DNA of 64,000 nt, from the NCBI GenBank assembly GCA_050246035.1, contig JBFWWT010000009.1, forward strand, positions 10,370 to 74,369, written 5' to 3'. The notes under the pieces are model-generated. The model was not told the DNA's origin, did not search any database, and saw nothing but the letters and a program-made list of their open reading frames with translations. Source of the stretch: Burkholderiales bacterium. Lineage in GTDB: Bacteria > Pseudomonadota > Gammaproteobacteria > Burkholderiales > SG8-39. Shown here piece by piece: positions 10,722 through 25,443 of this stretch (the stretch's first letter is position 1; the number at the start of each line of letters is the position of its first letter). A program made the translations under genes and the position numbers.

Positions 10722-12571
10722 GCGCCGCGCTGCAGTTCGTCGTGCGCGCGCTCGCGGCCTTCCTGCACGACGTGGCGGCGGTGGCGCTCGCGTGGCTCGG
10801 CGCTTACTGGCTGCGCTTCAACCTCGAGGTGCCGCCGCCCGTCTTCCTGCAGACCGCGTTCGTCGCGCTGCCCGGGGTCGTCGCCGTGCACGCGGTCGCC
10901 TTCTGGCTGACGGGCCTGTACCGGGGCCTGTGGCGCTACGCGAGCTTGCCGGACCTGCGGCGCATCCTCGTCGCGGTGGGCGTCGCCGCGCTCGCCACGC
11001 CGGCGCTGTTCACTCTCATCGCCTTTCCTTCCGTGATCCCCCGCTCGGTGTATCTCATCTGCCCGGTGCTGCTCGTTTTCGCCATGGGCGGCAGCCGGCT
11101 GCTCTACCGCGGCTGGAAGGAGGGCGCGCTCCTCGGCATGGTGCGCCAGCCGCGCGCCAAGCCGGTGCTCGTCCTCGGCGCGGGCGATGCCGCCGCGAGC
11201 CTGCTGCGCGAGCTCGCCCACAGCGACGACTGGCGCGCGGTAGGGCTGCTGGACGACGACGCCGGCAAGCAGGGCAGCGCCATCCAGGGCGTGAAGATCC
11301 TCGGGCCGCTCGTTGCCGTCGCCGGTCACGCGCGGCGCCTGGGCGTGCAACGGGCCATCATCGCCATGCCGGGCGCGACTCACCGCGAGCGCCGGCGCGC
11401 CGTCGAGCTGTGCGACGCGGCGGGCCTCGCCGTGATGACCGTGCCGTCCTACGCCGACCTCGTCGCGGGCAAGGTGAGCGTCTCGGCGCTCCGGAACGTC
11501 GAGCTCGACGACCTGCTCGGGCGCGACCCGGTGCAGCTGGACGAATCGGGCCTGCGCAGCCTGATCGAGGGCAAGTGCGTGCTGGTCACCGGGGCGGGCG
11601 GCTCCATCGGCTCGGAGCTCTGCCGCCAGATCGTGCGCTACGACCCGGCGCGGCTCGTGCTCCTCGACCTTTCCGAGTTCGCGCTCTACGCCATCGAGCA
11701 GGAGTTCCGCGACCGCCACCCCGAGGTGATCGTCTCGCCGCAGATCGGCGACGCGAAGAACGCCGGGCGCGTGGGCGACCTCTTCGCGCGCTATCGGCCC
11801 GAGCTCGTGTTCCATGCCGCGGCCTACAAGCACGTGCCGCTCCTCGAGCGCGGCAACGCCTTCCAGGCGGTGTCGAACAACGTGCTGTCCACCGTGGTCA
11901 CGGCGCGCGCCGCGCAGGCCGCGGGCGCGGCGAAGTTCGTGCTCGTCTCCACCGACAAGGCGGTGAACCCGACCAACGTCATGGGCGCCTCCAAGCGCCT
12001 CGCCGAGCTCGCCTGCCAGGCGCTCGCGCGCGCCGACGGCACCCAGTTCGTCACCGTGCGCTTCGGCAACGTGCTCGGCTCCACGGGCAGCGTCATCCCG
12101 CGCTTTCGCGAGCAGATCGCGCGCGGCGGGCCCCTGACGGTCACTCACCCCGAGGTGCAGCGCTACTTCATGTCCATCCCGGAGGCCGCGCAGCTCGTGC
12201 TGCAGGCCGCGCTCATGGGCCGGGGCGGGGAGATCTTCGTGCTCGACATGGGCGAGCCGGTGAGAATCGTCGACCTCGCGCGCCAGCTCATCCGGCTCTC
12301 GGGCTACGGCGAGGCCGACATCCGCATCGAGTACACGGGCCTCAGGCCCGGCGAGAAGCTCTACGAGGAGCTGCTCGCCGACGCGGAGGCGACGCTGCCC
12401 ACGCCGCACCCCAAGCTGCGCGTGGCGCGCGCGAGCGGCGCCGCGGACGGCGCGCTCCTCGCCGAGGTGCTCGCCTGGATCGAGGCGGCGCGCGACCCGG
12501 GGCCGGAGGCGGTGCGCGAGAAGCTGCGGGGGTGGGTGCCGGAGTACTCGCCTACGGCCGGTACGACCTGA
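10718..12571 (+). CDS. Membrane-anchored nucleotide-sugar 4,6-dehydratase (CapD/WbpM/PglF-like)
   Basis: ATG at 10718 overlaps the previous stop (ATGA). N-terminal TM helices, VLVTGAGGSIGSEL, STDKAVNPTNVMGASKRLAE. Confidence 0.85.
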   Translation: MSAALQFVVRALAAFLHDVAAVALAWLGAYWLRFNLEVPPPVFLQTAFVALPGVVAVHAVAFWLTGLYRGLWRYASLPDLRRILVAVGVAALATPALFTLIAFPSVIPRSVYLICPVLLVFAMGGSRLLYRGWKEGALLGMVRQPRAKPVLVLGAGDAAASLLRELAHSDDWRAVGLLDDDAGKQGSAIQGVKILGPLVAVAGHARRLGVQRAIIAMPGATHRERRRAVELCDAAGLAVMTVPSYADLVAGKVSVSALRNVELDDLLGRDPVQLDESGLRSLIEGKCVLVTGAGGSIGSELCRQIVRYDPARLVLLDLSEFALYAIEQEFRDRHPEVIVSPQIGDAKNAGRVGDLFARYRPELVFHAAAYKHVPLLERGNAFQAVSNNVLSTVVTARAAQAAGAAKFVLVSTDKAVNPTNVMGASKRLAELACQALARADGTQFVTVRFGNVLGSTGSVIPRFREQIARGGPLTVTHPEVQRYFMSIPEAAQLVLQAALMGRGGEIFVLDMGEPVRIVDLARQLIRLSGYGEADIRIEYTGLRPGEKLYEELLADAEATLPTPHPKLRVARASGAADGALLAEVLAWIEAARDPGPEAVREKLRGWVPEYSPTAGTT

Positions 12572-13514
12572 CCCACTCGGCGAAGCGCGCGAGGCCCGTC
12601 TCGAGCGGCGTATCCGGCGCGAACCCCGTCACGGACCTGAGCGCGCGCGTATCGGCATAGGTCGCCGGGACGTCGCCCGGCTGCATCGGCTTCATTTCCA
12701 TCGACGCCTTGCGCCCGAGCGCCTTCTCCAGCAGCGCGATGTAATCGAGCAGCCGCACCGGCTGGTGGTTGCCGACGTTGAGCACGCGCCAGGGCGGCGT
12801 GCCGGCGCTCGGGCGATCGAGCACGCGCAGCGTCGCCTCCACCGCGTCGTCGATGTAGGTGAAGTCGCGCTGCATCTCGCCACGATTGAACACCTGGATG
12901 GGCTCGCCGCGCAGGATCGCGTCCGCGAACAGCATCGGCGACATGTCCGGGCGCCCCCACGGACCGTACACCGTGAAGTAGCGCAGGCCGCTCGTCGGCA
13001 GGCCGAAGAGGTGGCTGTAGACGTGGGCGGTGAGCTCGTTCGACTTCTTCGTCGCCGCGTACAGGCTGATGGGATAGTCCACGTTGTCCGTCTCCGACCA
13101 GGGCAGCCTGGGATTCGCGCCGTAGACGCTCGAGCTCGAGGCGTACACGAGATGCCGCGGCGGGCGCGCCCGGCAGGCCTCCAGCAGGTTGGCGAAGGCG
13201 ACGAGGTTGGAGTGGATGTAGGACTGGGGATTCTCCAGCGAGTAGCGCACGCCCGGCTGCGCCGCGAGGTGCAGCACGCGCTCGGGCTTCGTCTCGGCGA
13301 AGAGCGCTTCCAGCGCGCCGGCGTCCGCGAGATCGAGCCGCGCGAAGCGAAAGCCCGGCTTGCCCTCGAGCTGGCGCAGCCGCGCTTCCTTCAGCGCCAC
13401 CGGGTAGTACGGCGAGAGGTTGTCGGCCCCGATCACCTCGTCGCCGCGCGCGAGCAGCCGCGCCGCGCAATGCATGCCGATGAACCCGGCGCAGCCGGTG
13501 ACGAGAACGCGCAT
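12552..13514 (-). CDS. NAD-dependent epimerase, UDP-glucuronate 4-epimerase-like
   Basis: MRVLVTGCAGFIGMH and YAATKKSNE (YxxxK). The ATG at 13514 is preferred over the GTG at 13532. Confidence 0.8.
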   Translation of the reverse strand: MRVLVTGCAGFIGMHCAARLLARGDEVIGADNLSPYYPVALKEARLRQLEGKPGFRFARLDLADAGALEALFAETKPERVLHLAAQPGVRYSLENPQSYIHSNLVAFANLLEACRARPPRHLVYASSSSVYGANPRLPWSETDNVDYPISLYAATKKSNELTAHVYSHLFGLPTSGLRYFTVYGPWGRPDMSPMLFADAILRGEPIQVFNRGEMQRDFTYIDDAVEATLRVLDRPSAGTPPWRVLNVGNHQPVRLLDYIALLEKALGRKASMEMKPMQPGDVPATYADTRALRSVTGFAPDTPLETGLARFAEWVRSYRP

Positions 13515-13533
13515 CGCCTTATCATAGGGCACC

Positions 13534-14773
13534 TTGCGCGCTCTCTACACGCTCCTGCTCTACGCGGCCGCGCCCTACTTCCTCGCGCGGTTGTGGTGGC
13601 GCGGGCGCCGCGAGCCGGGCTACCGGGAGGGGATCGCCGAGCGCTTCGGGCACGGCACGCTCGAGCCCAAGCCGAAGCTGCTTTGGGTGCATGCCGTATC
13701 GGTGGGCGAAGTGCGCGCCGCGGCGCCGCTCGTGCGCGCGCTCGCGCGCGACTATCCCGATCACGACGTTCTCGTCACCTGCCTCACGGCGGGCGGGCGC
13801 GAGATGGCGAAGCAGGTATTCGGCGAGTCGGTGCTGCACGCGTGGCTGCCCTACGACCTGCCGCGCGCCGTGTGGCGCTTCCTCGAGCATTACCGGCCGC
13901 GCCTCGGGGTGCTCGTGGAGACCGAAATCTGGCCCAACCTGCTCGCGGCCTGCGCCGAAGACGGCGTGCCGGTCGTCCTTGCGAGCGCGCGCCTTTCCGA
14001 GCGGTCGGCGCGCGGCTATGCGCGCCTGTCCGGCCTCTCGCGTCCCGCGGCGCAGGCGCTCGCCGCCGTTTGCGCGCAAAGCGAAGCCGACGCCGCGCGG
14101 CTGCGCGCGGTCGGCGCGCGCGAGGTCACGGTGGCGGGCAATCTCAAGTTCGACGTGGAGCCCGATCCGTCGCAGGCCGAGGCGGGGCGCGCGTTCCGCG
14201 CCGCGCTCGGCGAGCGCAAGGTGCTGCTGCTGGCGAGCACGCGCGAGGGCGAGGAGGAGCGGCTGCTCGGCGCGCTGGGGCCGCGGGACGACGGCACGCT
14301 GGTGGTGCTCGTGCCGCGGCACCAGCGGCGCTTCGACGAGGTGGCGGCGCTCGCCGCGCGCATGGGCTATCGCCCGGCGCGCCGCAGCCGGGGCGAAGCG
14401 CCGGGGCCGGGCGCGCGCCTGTACCTCGGCGACACCATGGGGGAGATGGCGTTCTATTACGCGGCGAGCGACGTCGCCGTGATCGGCGGCAGCTTCGAGC
14501 CGCTCGGCGGGCAGAATCTGATCGAGGCCTGCGCGGCGGGGGTGCCGGTGGTGACCGGCCCGCACATGTTCAATTTCGCGGACGTGACGCGCCGCGCGCT
14601 CGAGGCGCAGGCGGCGCTGCAGGCGGGCGACGCCGCGGCGGCGATCGCGCAGGCGCGCGCGCTGCTCGACGATCCCCCGCGACGGGCACGCATGGCAGAG
14701 GCGGGGCGGCGGCTGTGCGCCGAGCATCGCGGCGCGACCGCGCGGCATCTCGCCGCCTGCCGCGCGCTGCTCG

Positions 14774-14796
<23 letters not shown>
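13534..14796 (+). CDS. waaA: 3-deoxy-D-manno-octulosonic acid (Kdo) transferase
   Basis: 420 aa, TTG start. LWVHAVSVGEV, ETEIWPNLL and other typical WaaA/KdtA blocks. Confidence 0.85.
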
Positions 14797-19593
<4,797 letters not shown>

Positions 19594-19597
<4 letters not shown>

Positions 19598-20877
19598 CGG
19601 AGCTGCCGCAGACCATCGGCCGCTACACGATCGAGCGCGAGCTCGGCCGCGGCGCCTCGGCGCGCGTGCTCCTCGCGCGCGACGGCTTCACCGGGCAGCC
19701 GGTGGCGATCAAGGTGTTCACCCACGGCGCCGACGACGCCGGCGCGCCCGCCGGCCAGCACCGCACGCTGTTCCTGAACGAGGCGGCGCTGGTCGGCAAG
19801 CTGAAGCACCCCCACATCGTCTCGCTCATCGACGCCGCGGTGGAGCGCGATTTCAGCTACGTGGTGATGGAGTACGTGGCGGGGGGCACGCTCGCGCGCC
19901 ACGCCGCGCCGGACGCGCTGCTGCCGCTGGAGCAGGTGGTCGAGATCGTCTACAAGACGAGCCGCGCGCTCGAGTACGCCCACCACCACGGCGTGATCCA
20001 CCGCGACATCAAGCCCGCCAACATCCTGCTCACCGACTCGCTCGACGTGAAGGTCTCCGATTTCGGCGCGGCGCTGCTCGCCAACGTGACGCACACCGCC
20101 CTCGACATGGTCGGCTCGCCCGCCTACGCCTCGCCCGAGCAGCTCGCGGGCCGGCCGCTCGACCTGCAGACCGACGTCTGGTCGCTCGGCGTGGTGACCT
20201 ACCAGCTGCTGTGCGGGCGGCTGCCCTTCATGGCCTCCACGCACGCCGGCCTCATGTACCAGATCCTCAACCATCCGCCGACGCCGCTCGCCACGCTGCG
20301 CCAGGGCGTGCCGCCGGGCTTTCTCGGTCTCGTCGAGCGCGCGCTGCAGAAGGACCCGCTCGAGCGCCACGCCAGCTGGAACGAGTTCGCCGTGGACCTG
20401 GCGAGCCTGGTGCGCGAGCTCGACGCGCCGCGCGAGGACGAGCTCTCGGACGCGCGCAAGTTCGAGGCGCTGCGCGCGCTCGCCTTCTTCCGCGACTTTC
20501 GCGAGGTCGAGATCTGGGAGACGCTGCGCGCCGGCACCTGGCGCACGGTGCCCGGCGGGTTCACGATGATCCGCGAAGGCGAGCGCGGCGACAGCTTTTA
20601 CGTCCTCGTGGACGGCGAAGTCGAGGTGAGCCGCGCGGGCCGCCCGCTGGCGACGCTGATCGCCGGCGCGTGCTTCGGCGAGATGCTGTACTTCGAGGAG
20701 CGGCACGCGCTGCGCACGACCACCGTGCGCACGCGCGGCCCGGCGACGGTGCTGGAGATCCGCGCCGCGTCGCTCGCCGCGGCGAGCGACGCCTGCCAGG
20801 TGCAGTTCAACCGCGCCTTCCTGCGCATCCTGCTCGGGCGCCTCGACGACGCCGCCCGCCGGCTCGCGGGAGACTGA
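19594..20877 (+). CDS. Hanks-type Ser/Thr protein kinase fused to a C-terminal cyclic-nucleotide-binding domain
   Basis: GTG at 19594 overlaps the hydrolase stop (GTGA). Kinase motifs [30 protein letters not shown]. The C-terminal part carries FGEMLY...RTTTV, a cNMP phosphate-binding-cassette-like motif. Confidence 0.8.
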
Positions 20878-20903
20878 GCGCGGGGTGCTACGATGCGCGG
20901 CGC

Positions 20904-21701
20904 ATGCCGGACACGCCGCTGCTGCACGCGCTCATCCTCGGCGTCGTCGAGGGACTGACCGAGTTCCTGCCGATCTCGAGCACCGGGCACCTCATCCTCG
21001 CGGGCGACCTGCTGGGCTTCAACGGGGACCGGGCCAAGGTTTTCCACGTCGCCATCCAGACCGGCGCGATGCTCGCGGTGGTGTGGGAGTACCGGCGGCG
21101 ATTTTTCGCCGTGGACACGGCGCTCTGGCGCAACCTCGCCGTCGCCTTCGTGCCCGCCGCCGCGCTCGGGCTGGCCTTCGGCGGCCTGATCAAGACCTAC
21201 CTCTTCGCGCCCGTGCCGGTCGCGCTCGCCTTCATCGCCGGCGGCGTGATCATCCTGCTCGTGGACCGCGGCGCGCGGCCCGCGCGCGTGCAGAGCGCGC
21301 GCGCCATGACGTGGCGCGACGCGCTGAAGGTCGGCGTCGCGCAATGCTTCGCGCTCATTCCCGGCACCTCGCGCTCGGGCGCGACCATCATCGGCGGCAT
21401 GCTCTTCGGGCTGTCGCGGCCGGCGGCTACCGAGTTCTCCTTCTTTCTCGCCGTGCCGACGCTGGTCGCCGCCGGCGCCTACGACCTGTGGCGCCACCGC
21501 GACCTGTTCTCGGCGGACGACCTGCGGATGGTGGCCGCGGGGTCGGTCGTTTCCTTCTTCTCCGCGCTGGTCGTGATCCGCTGGCTGATCCGCTACGTCG
21601 CCACGCACGACTTCCGGCCGTTCGCGTGGTACCGGATCGCCTTCGGCCTGGTCGTGCTCGCGACCGCCTACACGGGCGCCGTGCGCTGGAGCGGCGCCTA
21701 G
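20904..21701 (+). CDS. uppP: Undecaprenyl-diphosphate phosphatase
   Basis: [30 protein letters not shown] and [10 protein letters not shown] motifs. Confidence 0.9.
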   Translation: MPDTPLLHALILGVVEGLTEFLPISSTGHLILAGDLLGFNGDRAKVFHVAIQTGAMLAVVWEYRRRFFAVDTALWRNLAVAFVPAAALGLAFGGLIKTYLFAPVPVALAFIAGGVIILLVDRGARPARVQSARAMTWRDALKVGVAQCFALIPGTSRSGATIIGGMLFGLSRPAATEFSFFLAVPTLVAAGAYDLWRHRDLFSADDLRMVAAGSVVSFFSALVVIRWLIRYVATHDFRPFAWYRIAFGLVVLATAYTGAVRWSGA

Positions 21702-22153
21702 CCCTGCACCCAGGGCAAGCCGGCCTTGCGCCAGCCGTTCACGGTGCCGCGGTGCTGCTCGGCATCCCGGTCGCCCTCGAAGCCCTCGAGGACGTTGTAG
21801 GAGTCCTTGAATCCGGCCTGCGTCGCGACAGCCGCCGCCGCGTGCGAGCGGGCTCCCGAGCGACACAGGAACATCAGCGTGTCATCCGGGCCGACCTGCC
21901 CGGCAAGCTGGTCGAGGAACTCCGGATTGCGCGCGTTGTTGGGATAGCTCGCCCACTCCACGAAGAGGCTGCCGGGCACTCGCCCGACATACATCAGCTC
22001 GGGGATCGTGCGCACGTCCACCAGCTTCGCACCTGCATGCATCAGCGCGTAGGCCTCGGATGGGGTGAGCGCGCCGGCGTAGGGCAGGCCCAGCTCCCGG
22101 CCGCGTTGTTGTGCGCGCTGCCGGACCTCCTGGATATCGTCTTTCGAAGCCAT
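21698..22153 (-). CDS. Rhodanese-domain sulfurtransferase
   Basis: 151 aa. Active-site loop FLCRSGARS within a rhodanese fold. Confidence 0.8.
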   Translation of the reverse strand: MASKDDIQEVRQRAQQRGRELGLPYAGALTPSEAYALMHAGAKLVDVRTIPELMYVGRVPGSLFVEWASYPNNARNPEFLDQLAGQVGPDDTLMFLCRSGARSHAAAAVATQAGFKDSYNVLEGFEGDRDAEQHRGTVNGWRKAGLPWVQG

Positions 22154-22194
22154 TGCTGCCCCGCATTATAAAAGCCCGGCCCGGGTGCATCGAG

Positions 22195-22211
22195 GGCACC
22201 GGGCCGGTGCA
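22195..22211. promoter_or_regulatory. NtrC binding site (gGCACC-N5-GGTGCA)
   Basis: 11 of 12 matches to TGCACC-N5-GGTGCA, about 100 bp upstream of the -24/-12 element. Confidence 0.6.
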
Positions 22212-22224
22212 CGGCCGAAAAATT

Positions 22225-22241
22225 CGCACCAACATCGTGCA
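22225..22241. promoter_or_regulatory. NtrC binding site (cGCACC-N5-cGTGCA)
   Basis: 10 of 12 matches to the consensus. Its centre is 30 bp from the first site. Confidence 0.55.
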
Positions 22242-22303
22242 ATCTCTTCCACTAGAATGGCCGCGGCAAGGCGTCGCAAGGGCGGAAAGGGGAAGCCCCC
22301 TCG

Positions 22304-22319
22304 TGGCACGGAACCTGCT
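22304..22319 (+). promoter_or_regulatory. Sigma54 (-24/-12) promoter of glnA
   Basis: TGGCAC-GGAAC-CTGCT compared with consensus TGGCAC-N5-TTGCW, about 65 nt upstream of the glnA ATG. Confidence 0.65.
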
Positions 22320-22384
22320 CCTACCTGCGCGTCCGGCCGCCTCGAGCGGCCGCAATCCGTTGCACACACTCAGGAGATTCGCAG

Positions 22385-23800
22385 ATGGCCATGACGGCTG
22401 ATGACGTCTTGAAGATGGCGAAGGACAAGGAAGTCAAGTTCGTCGACTTCCGCTTCACCGACACGCGCGGCAAGGAGCAGCACGTGCAGGTGCCGATCCG
22501 GCACTTCACGAAGGACAAGTTCGAGTCCGGCCACGCGTTCGACGGCTCGTCGATCGCAGGCTGGAAGGGAATCCAGGCCTCCGACATGCTGCTCATGCCG
22601 GATCCCTCGACCGCGCGCATGGATCCTTTCGCCGACGAGGCGGTGCTCAACATCAACTGCGACGTCTTCGATCCGACGGACGGCAAGCCCTACGACCGCT
22701 GCCCGCGGGGCATCGCGCGGCGCGCCGAGGCGTACCTCAAGTCCACCGGCCTGGGCGACGTCGCCTACTTCGGCCCGGAGCCCGAGTTCTTCATCTTCGA
22801 CGGCGTGACCTGGAACGTCGACATGTCCGGTTGCTTCGTGAAGATCAAGTCGGAGGAGGCGCCGTGGTCGACCGGGATCGACTACGAGTCGGGCAACATG
22901 GGCCACCGCGCGCCGGTGAAGGGCGGCTACTTCCCGGTGCCGCCGCAGGACACGCTGATGGACATCCGTAACGCGATGGCGCTCGCGCTCGAGCAGCAGG
23001 GCGTCGAGGTCGAGGTGCATCACCACGAGGTCGCCTCGGCCGGCCAGTGCGAGATCGGCACGCGCTTCGCGCCGCTGGTGCAGCGCGCCGACTGGATGCA
23101 GATCCTGAAATACACGGTGTGGAACGTCGCCGCGTCCTACGGCAAGACGGCGACCTTCATGCCCAAGCCCATCGTCGGCGACAACGGCTCGGGCATGCAC
23201 GTGCACCAGTCGGTGTGGAAAGGCTCGCAGAACCTGTTCGCCGGCAACGGCTACTCGGGCCTGTCCGAGTTCGCGCTGCACTACATCGGCGGCGTCATCA
23301 GGCACGCGCGCGCGCTCAACGCCATCACCAACCCGGGCACCAACAGCTACAAGCGGCTCGTGCCGGGCTTCGAGGCGCCGATCAACCTCGCGTACTCGGC
23401 GAAGAACCGCTCGGCGTCCTGCCGCATCCCGTACGTGGCGAGCCCCAAGGCGCGGCGCGTCGAGGTGCGCTTCCCTGACCCCACGGCCAATTCGTACCTG
23501 GCGTTCGCGGCGCTGCTCATGGCCGGGCTGGACGGCGTGCAGAACAAGATCCACCCGGGCGACCCGATCGACAAGAACCTCTACGACCTGCCGCCCGAGG
23601 AGGCGAAGAAGGTGCCGACCGTTTGCCACTCGCTCGACCAGGCGCTCGCCGAGCTCGACAAGGACCGCGCCTTCCTCACCAAGGGCGGCGTGTTCTCGGA
23701 CGACTTCGTCGACTCCTACATCGCCCTCAAGGAAGAGGAGGTCACGCGCTTCCGCATGACCACGCACCCGGTCGAGTTCGACATGTACTACTCGGCGTAA
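22385..23800 (+). CDS. glnA: Glutamine synthetase type I
   Basis: 471 aa. Typical GSI blocks and the adenylylation site [17 protein letters not shown] upstream. Confidence 0.95.
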   Translation: MAMTADDVLKMAKDKEVKFVDFRFTDTRGKEQHVQVPIRHFTKDKFESGHAFDGSSIAGWKGIQASDMLLMPDPSTARMDPFADEAVLNINCDVFDPTDGKPYDRCPRGIARRAEAYLKSTGLGDVAYFGPEPEFFIFDGVTWNVDMSGCFVKIKSEEAPWSTGIDYESGNMGHRAPVKGGYFPVPPQDTLMDIRNAMALALEQQGVEVEVHHHEVASAGQCEIGTRFAPLVQRADWMQILKYTVWNVAASYGKTATFMPKPIVGDNGSGMHVHQSVWKGSQNLFAGNGYSGLSEFALHYIGGVIRHARALNAITNPGTNSYKRLVPGFEAPINLAYSAKNRSASCRIPYVASPKARRVEVRFPDPTANSYLAFAALLMAGLDGVQNKIHPGDPIDKNLYDLPPEEAKKVPTVCHSLDQALAELDKDRAFLTKGGVFSDDFVDSYIALKEEEVTRFRMTTHPVEFDMYYSA

Positions 23801-23826
23801 ACCGGGGAGGGTTCGCGATGTCCAAG

Positions 23827-23858
23827 GAGGGACGGCCTGGCCCGTCCCTCGTTTTTTT
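23827..23858 (+). terminator. Rho-independent terminator after glnA
   Basis: GAGGGACGG-cctggc-CCGTCCCTC stem-loop followed by G and seven T residues. Confidence 0.8.
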
Positions 23859-23863
23859 CTGGT

Positions 23864-24379
23864 ATGTTCTTGATCGTGCGCCGATTTTTCATGACCTCCG
23901 GATTCCTGCTCGGCGTCGTGCCGGCGCTCGCGGCGGCGCAGGCGACCGAGGAGATCACGATCTGGAGCTGCCGCGACAAGGACGGTCGCACGCACGTCAC
24001 CAACCTGAAGGAAGACACGGCCGGCATGAAGTGCCGCATCGTCCAGCAGACGCGCGTGCAGGTCGTGCCGTCGCCGGAAGCGGCCCCCAAGCCCGCGGCC
24101 AAGCCCGCGGCGCCCGGCGTCTTCCCGAAGGAGAACGCGCAGGCGCGCGCCTCGGCGCGCGATCGCCAGCGCGAGATCCTCGAGCGCGAGCTCAAGCAGG
24201 AGGAGGAGCTGCTCGCCAAGGCGCGCAAGGCGCTCGAGGAGCAGGAGTCGGTGCGCTACGGCGACGAGCGCAACTACGCGCGCGTGCTCGAGCGGCTGCA
24301 GAAGTACAAGGACGCGGTCGAGCTGCACGAGAAGAACGTCGAATCGCTCAGGCGCGAGTTGACCCTGCTGTACCGCTGA
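23864..24379 (+). CDS. DUF4124-type exported protein with coiled-coil tail
   Basis: Signal-like N-terminus, IWSCRDKDGRTHVTN (DUF4124-like), a Pro/Ala linker and a charged helical C-terminus. Alternative start at 23891. Confidence 0.7.
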   Translation: MFLIVRRFFMTSGFLLGVVPALAAAQATEEITIWSCRDKDGRTHVTNLKEDTAGMKCRIVQQTRVQVVPSPEAAPKPAAKPAAPGVFPKENAQARASARDRQREILERELKQEEELLAKARKALEEQESVRYGDERNYARVLERLQKYKDAVELHEKNVESLRRELTLLYR

Positions 24380-24396
24380 GCCCGGCGGGCTGAGCC

Positions 24397-25443
24397 GTGG
24401 CCGCCGACTTCAGGGGCCTGGAGTACCTCGCGACCGCCGTGGTCGCGCTCGACGAGCACGCTGTGATCCGCTACGCGAATGCGGCTGCGGAAAGCCTGCT
24501 CGGCGCGGGCGCGAAGAGCCTTATCGGGCAGCCGTTCCTGCCGCTCTTCGAGCCGGACGCGGCGCTGGAGAGGGCCCTGGGCGAGGCGCTCGCCACGCAT
24601 TGGGACTACTCGTCGCAGATCGTCGGCTACCGGCGGCCCGGGCGCGAGCCCCTGCCGCTCGCCTGCGTGCTCACGCGCATCGACGCGAGCGCCACGCCGC
24701 TGCTTGCCGAGCTGCGCCCGATCGAGCAGCTGCTGCGCCAGGCGCGCGAGGAGCGGGCGCTCGGCGAGCAGCAGGCGAGCCGGGAGCTGATCCGCAACCT
24801 CGCGCACGAGATCAAGAACCCGCTCGGGGGCCTGCGCGGCTCGGCGCAGCTGCTGGAGCGCGAGCTCGACCGGGCCGAGCTGCGCGAGTACACGCAGGTG
24901 ATCATCAAGGAGGCCGACCGCCTGCAGTCGCTCATGGACCGCCTGCTCACGCCGCACCGCCAGCCGCGGCTCGCGCCGCTCAGCATTCACGAGGTGCTCG
25001 AGCGGGTGCGCAGCCTCGTCCTCGCGGAGTTCTCGAGCGGCGTGGCGATCGAATGCGACTACGACCCGAGCCTGCCCGATCTGGTCGGCGACCGGGAGCA
25101 GCTCATCCAGGCGGTGCTCAACGTCGTGCGCAATGCCGCGCAGGCGATCGCCGGCAGCGGCCGCGCGGGCAGGATCACGCTGCGCACGCGCGCCGTGCGC
25201 CAGGTGACGCTGCTCCGGCAGCGGCACAAGCTGGCACTAGAATTGCAAGTGATCGACGACGGGCCCGGAGTGCCGGAAGACATCCGGGAAAGGATTTTCA
25301 ACCCCCTGGTGTCGGGGCGCGAAGGCGGAAGCGGGCTGGGCTTGTCGCTCGCGCAGACCTTCGTCCATTACCACCGGGGTGTCATCGAGTGCGACAGCCG
25401 CCCCGGGCGCACCGTATTCAGGATCCTGCTGCCGCTCGCATGA
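24397..25443 (+). CDS. glnL: Nitrogen regulation sensor histidine kinase NtrB
   Basis: PAS-like N-terminus, H-box LAHEIKNPLGG, and N and G boxes (GPGVPEDI, GGSGLGL). GTG start. Confidence 0.9.
   Translation: MAADFRGLEYLATAVVALDEHAVIRYANAAAESLLGAGAKSLIGQPFLPLFEPDAALERALGEALATHWDYSSQIVGYRRPGREPLPLACVLTRIDASATPLLAELRPIEQLLRQAREERALGEQQASRELIRNLAHEIKNPLGGLRGSAQLLERELDRAELREYTQVIIKEADRLQSLMDRLLTPHRQPRLAPLSIHEVLERVRSLVLAEFSSGVAIECDYDPSLPDLVGDREQLIQAVLNVVRNAAQAIAGSGRAGRITLRTRAVRQVTLLRQRHKLALELQVIDDGPGVPEDIRERIFNPLVSGREGGSGLGLSLAQTFVHYHRGVIECDSRPGRTVFRILLPLA

Noticed and set aside
23818-23890. A small ORF starting ATGTCCAAGGAGGGACGG directly after glnA.
   Set aside because: It is composed of the terminator stem-loop and T-run, belongs to an out-of-frame artefact ORF (23623-24393), and has no RBS.
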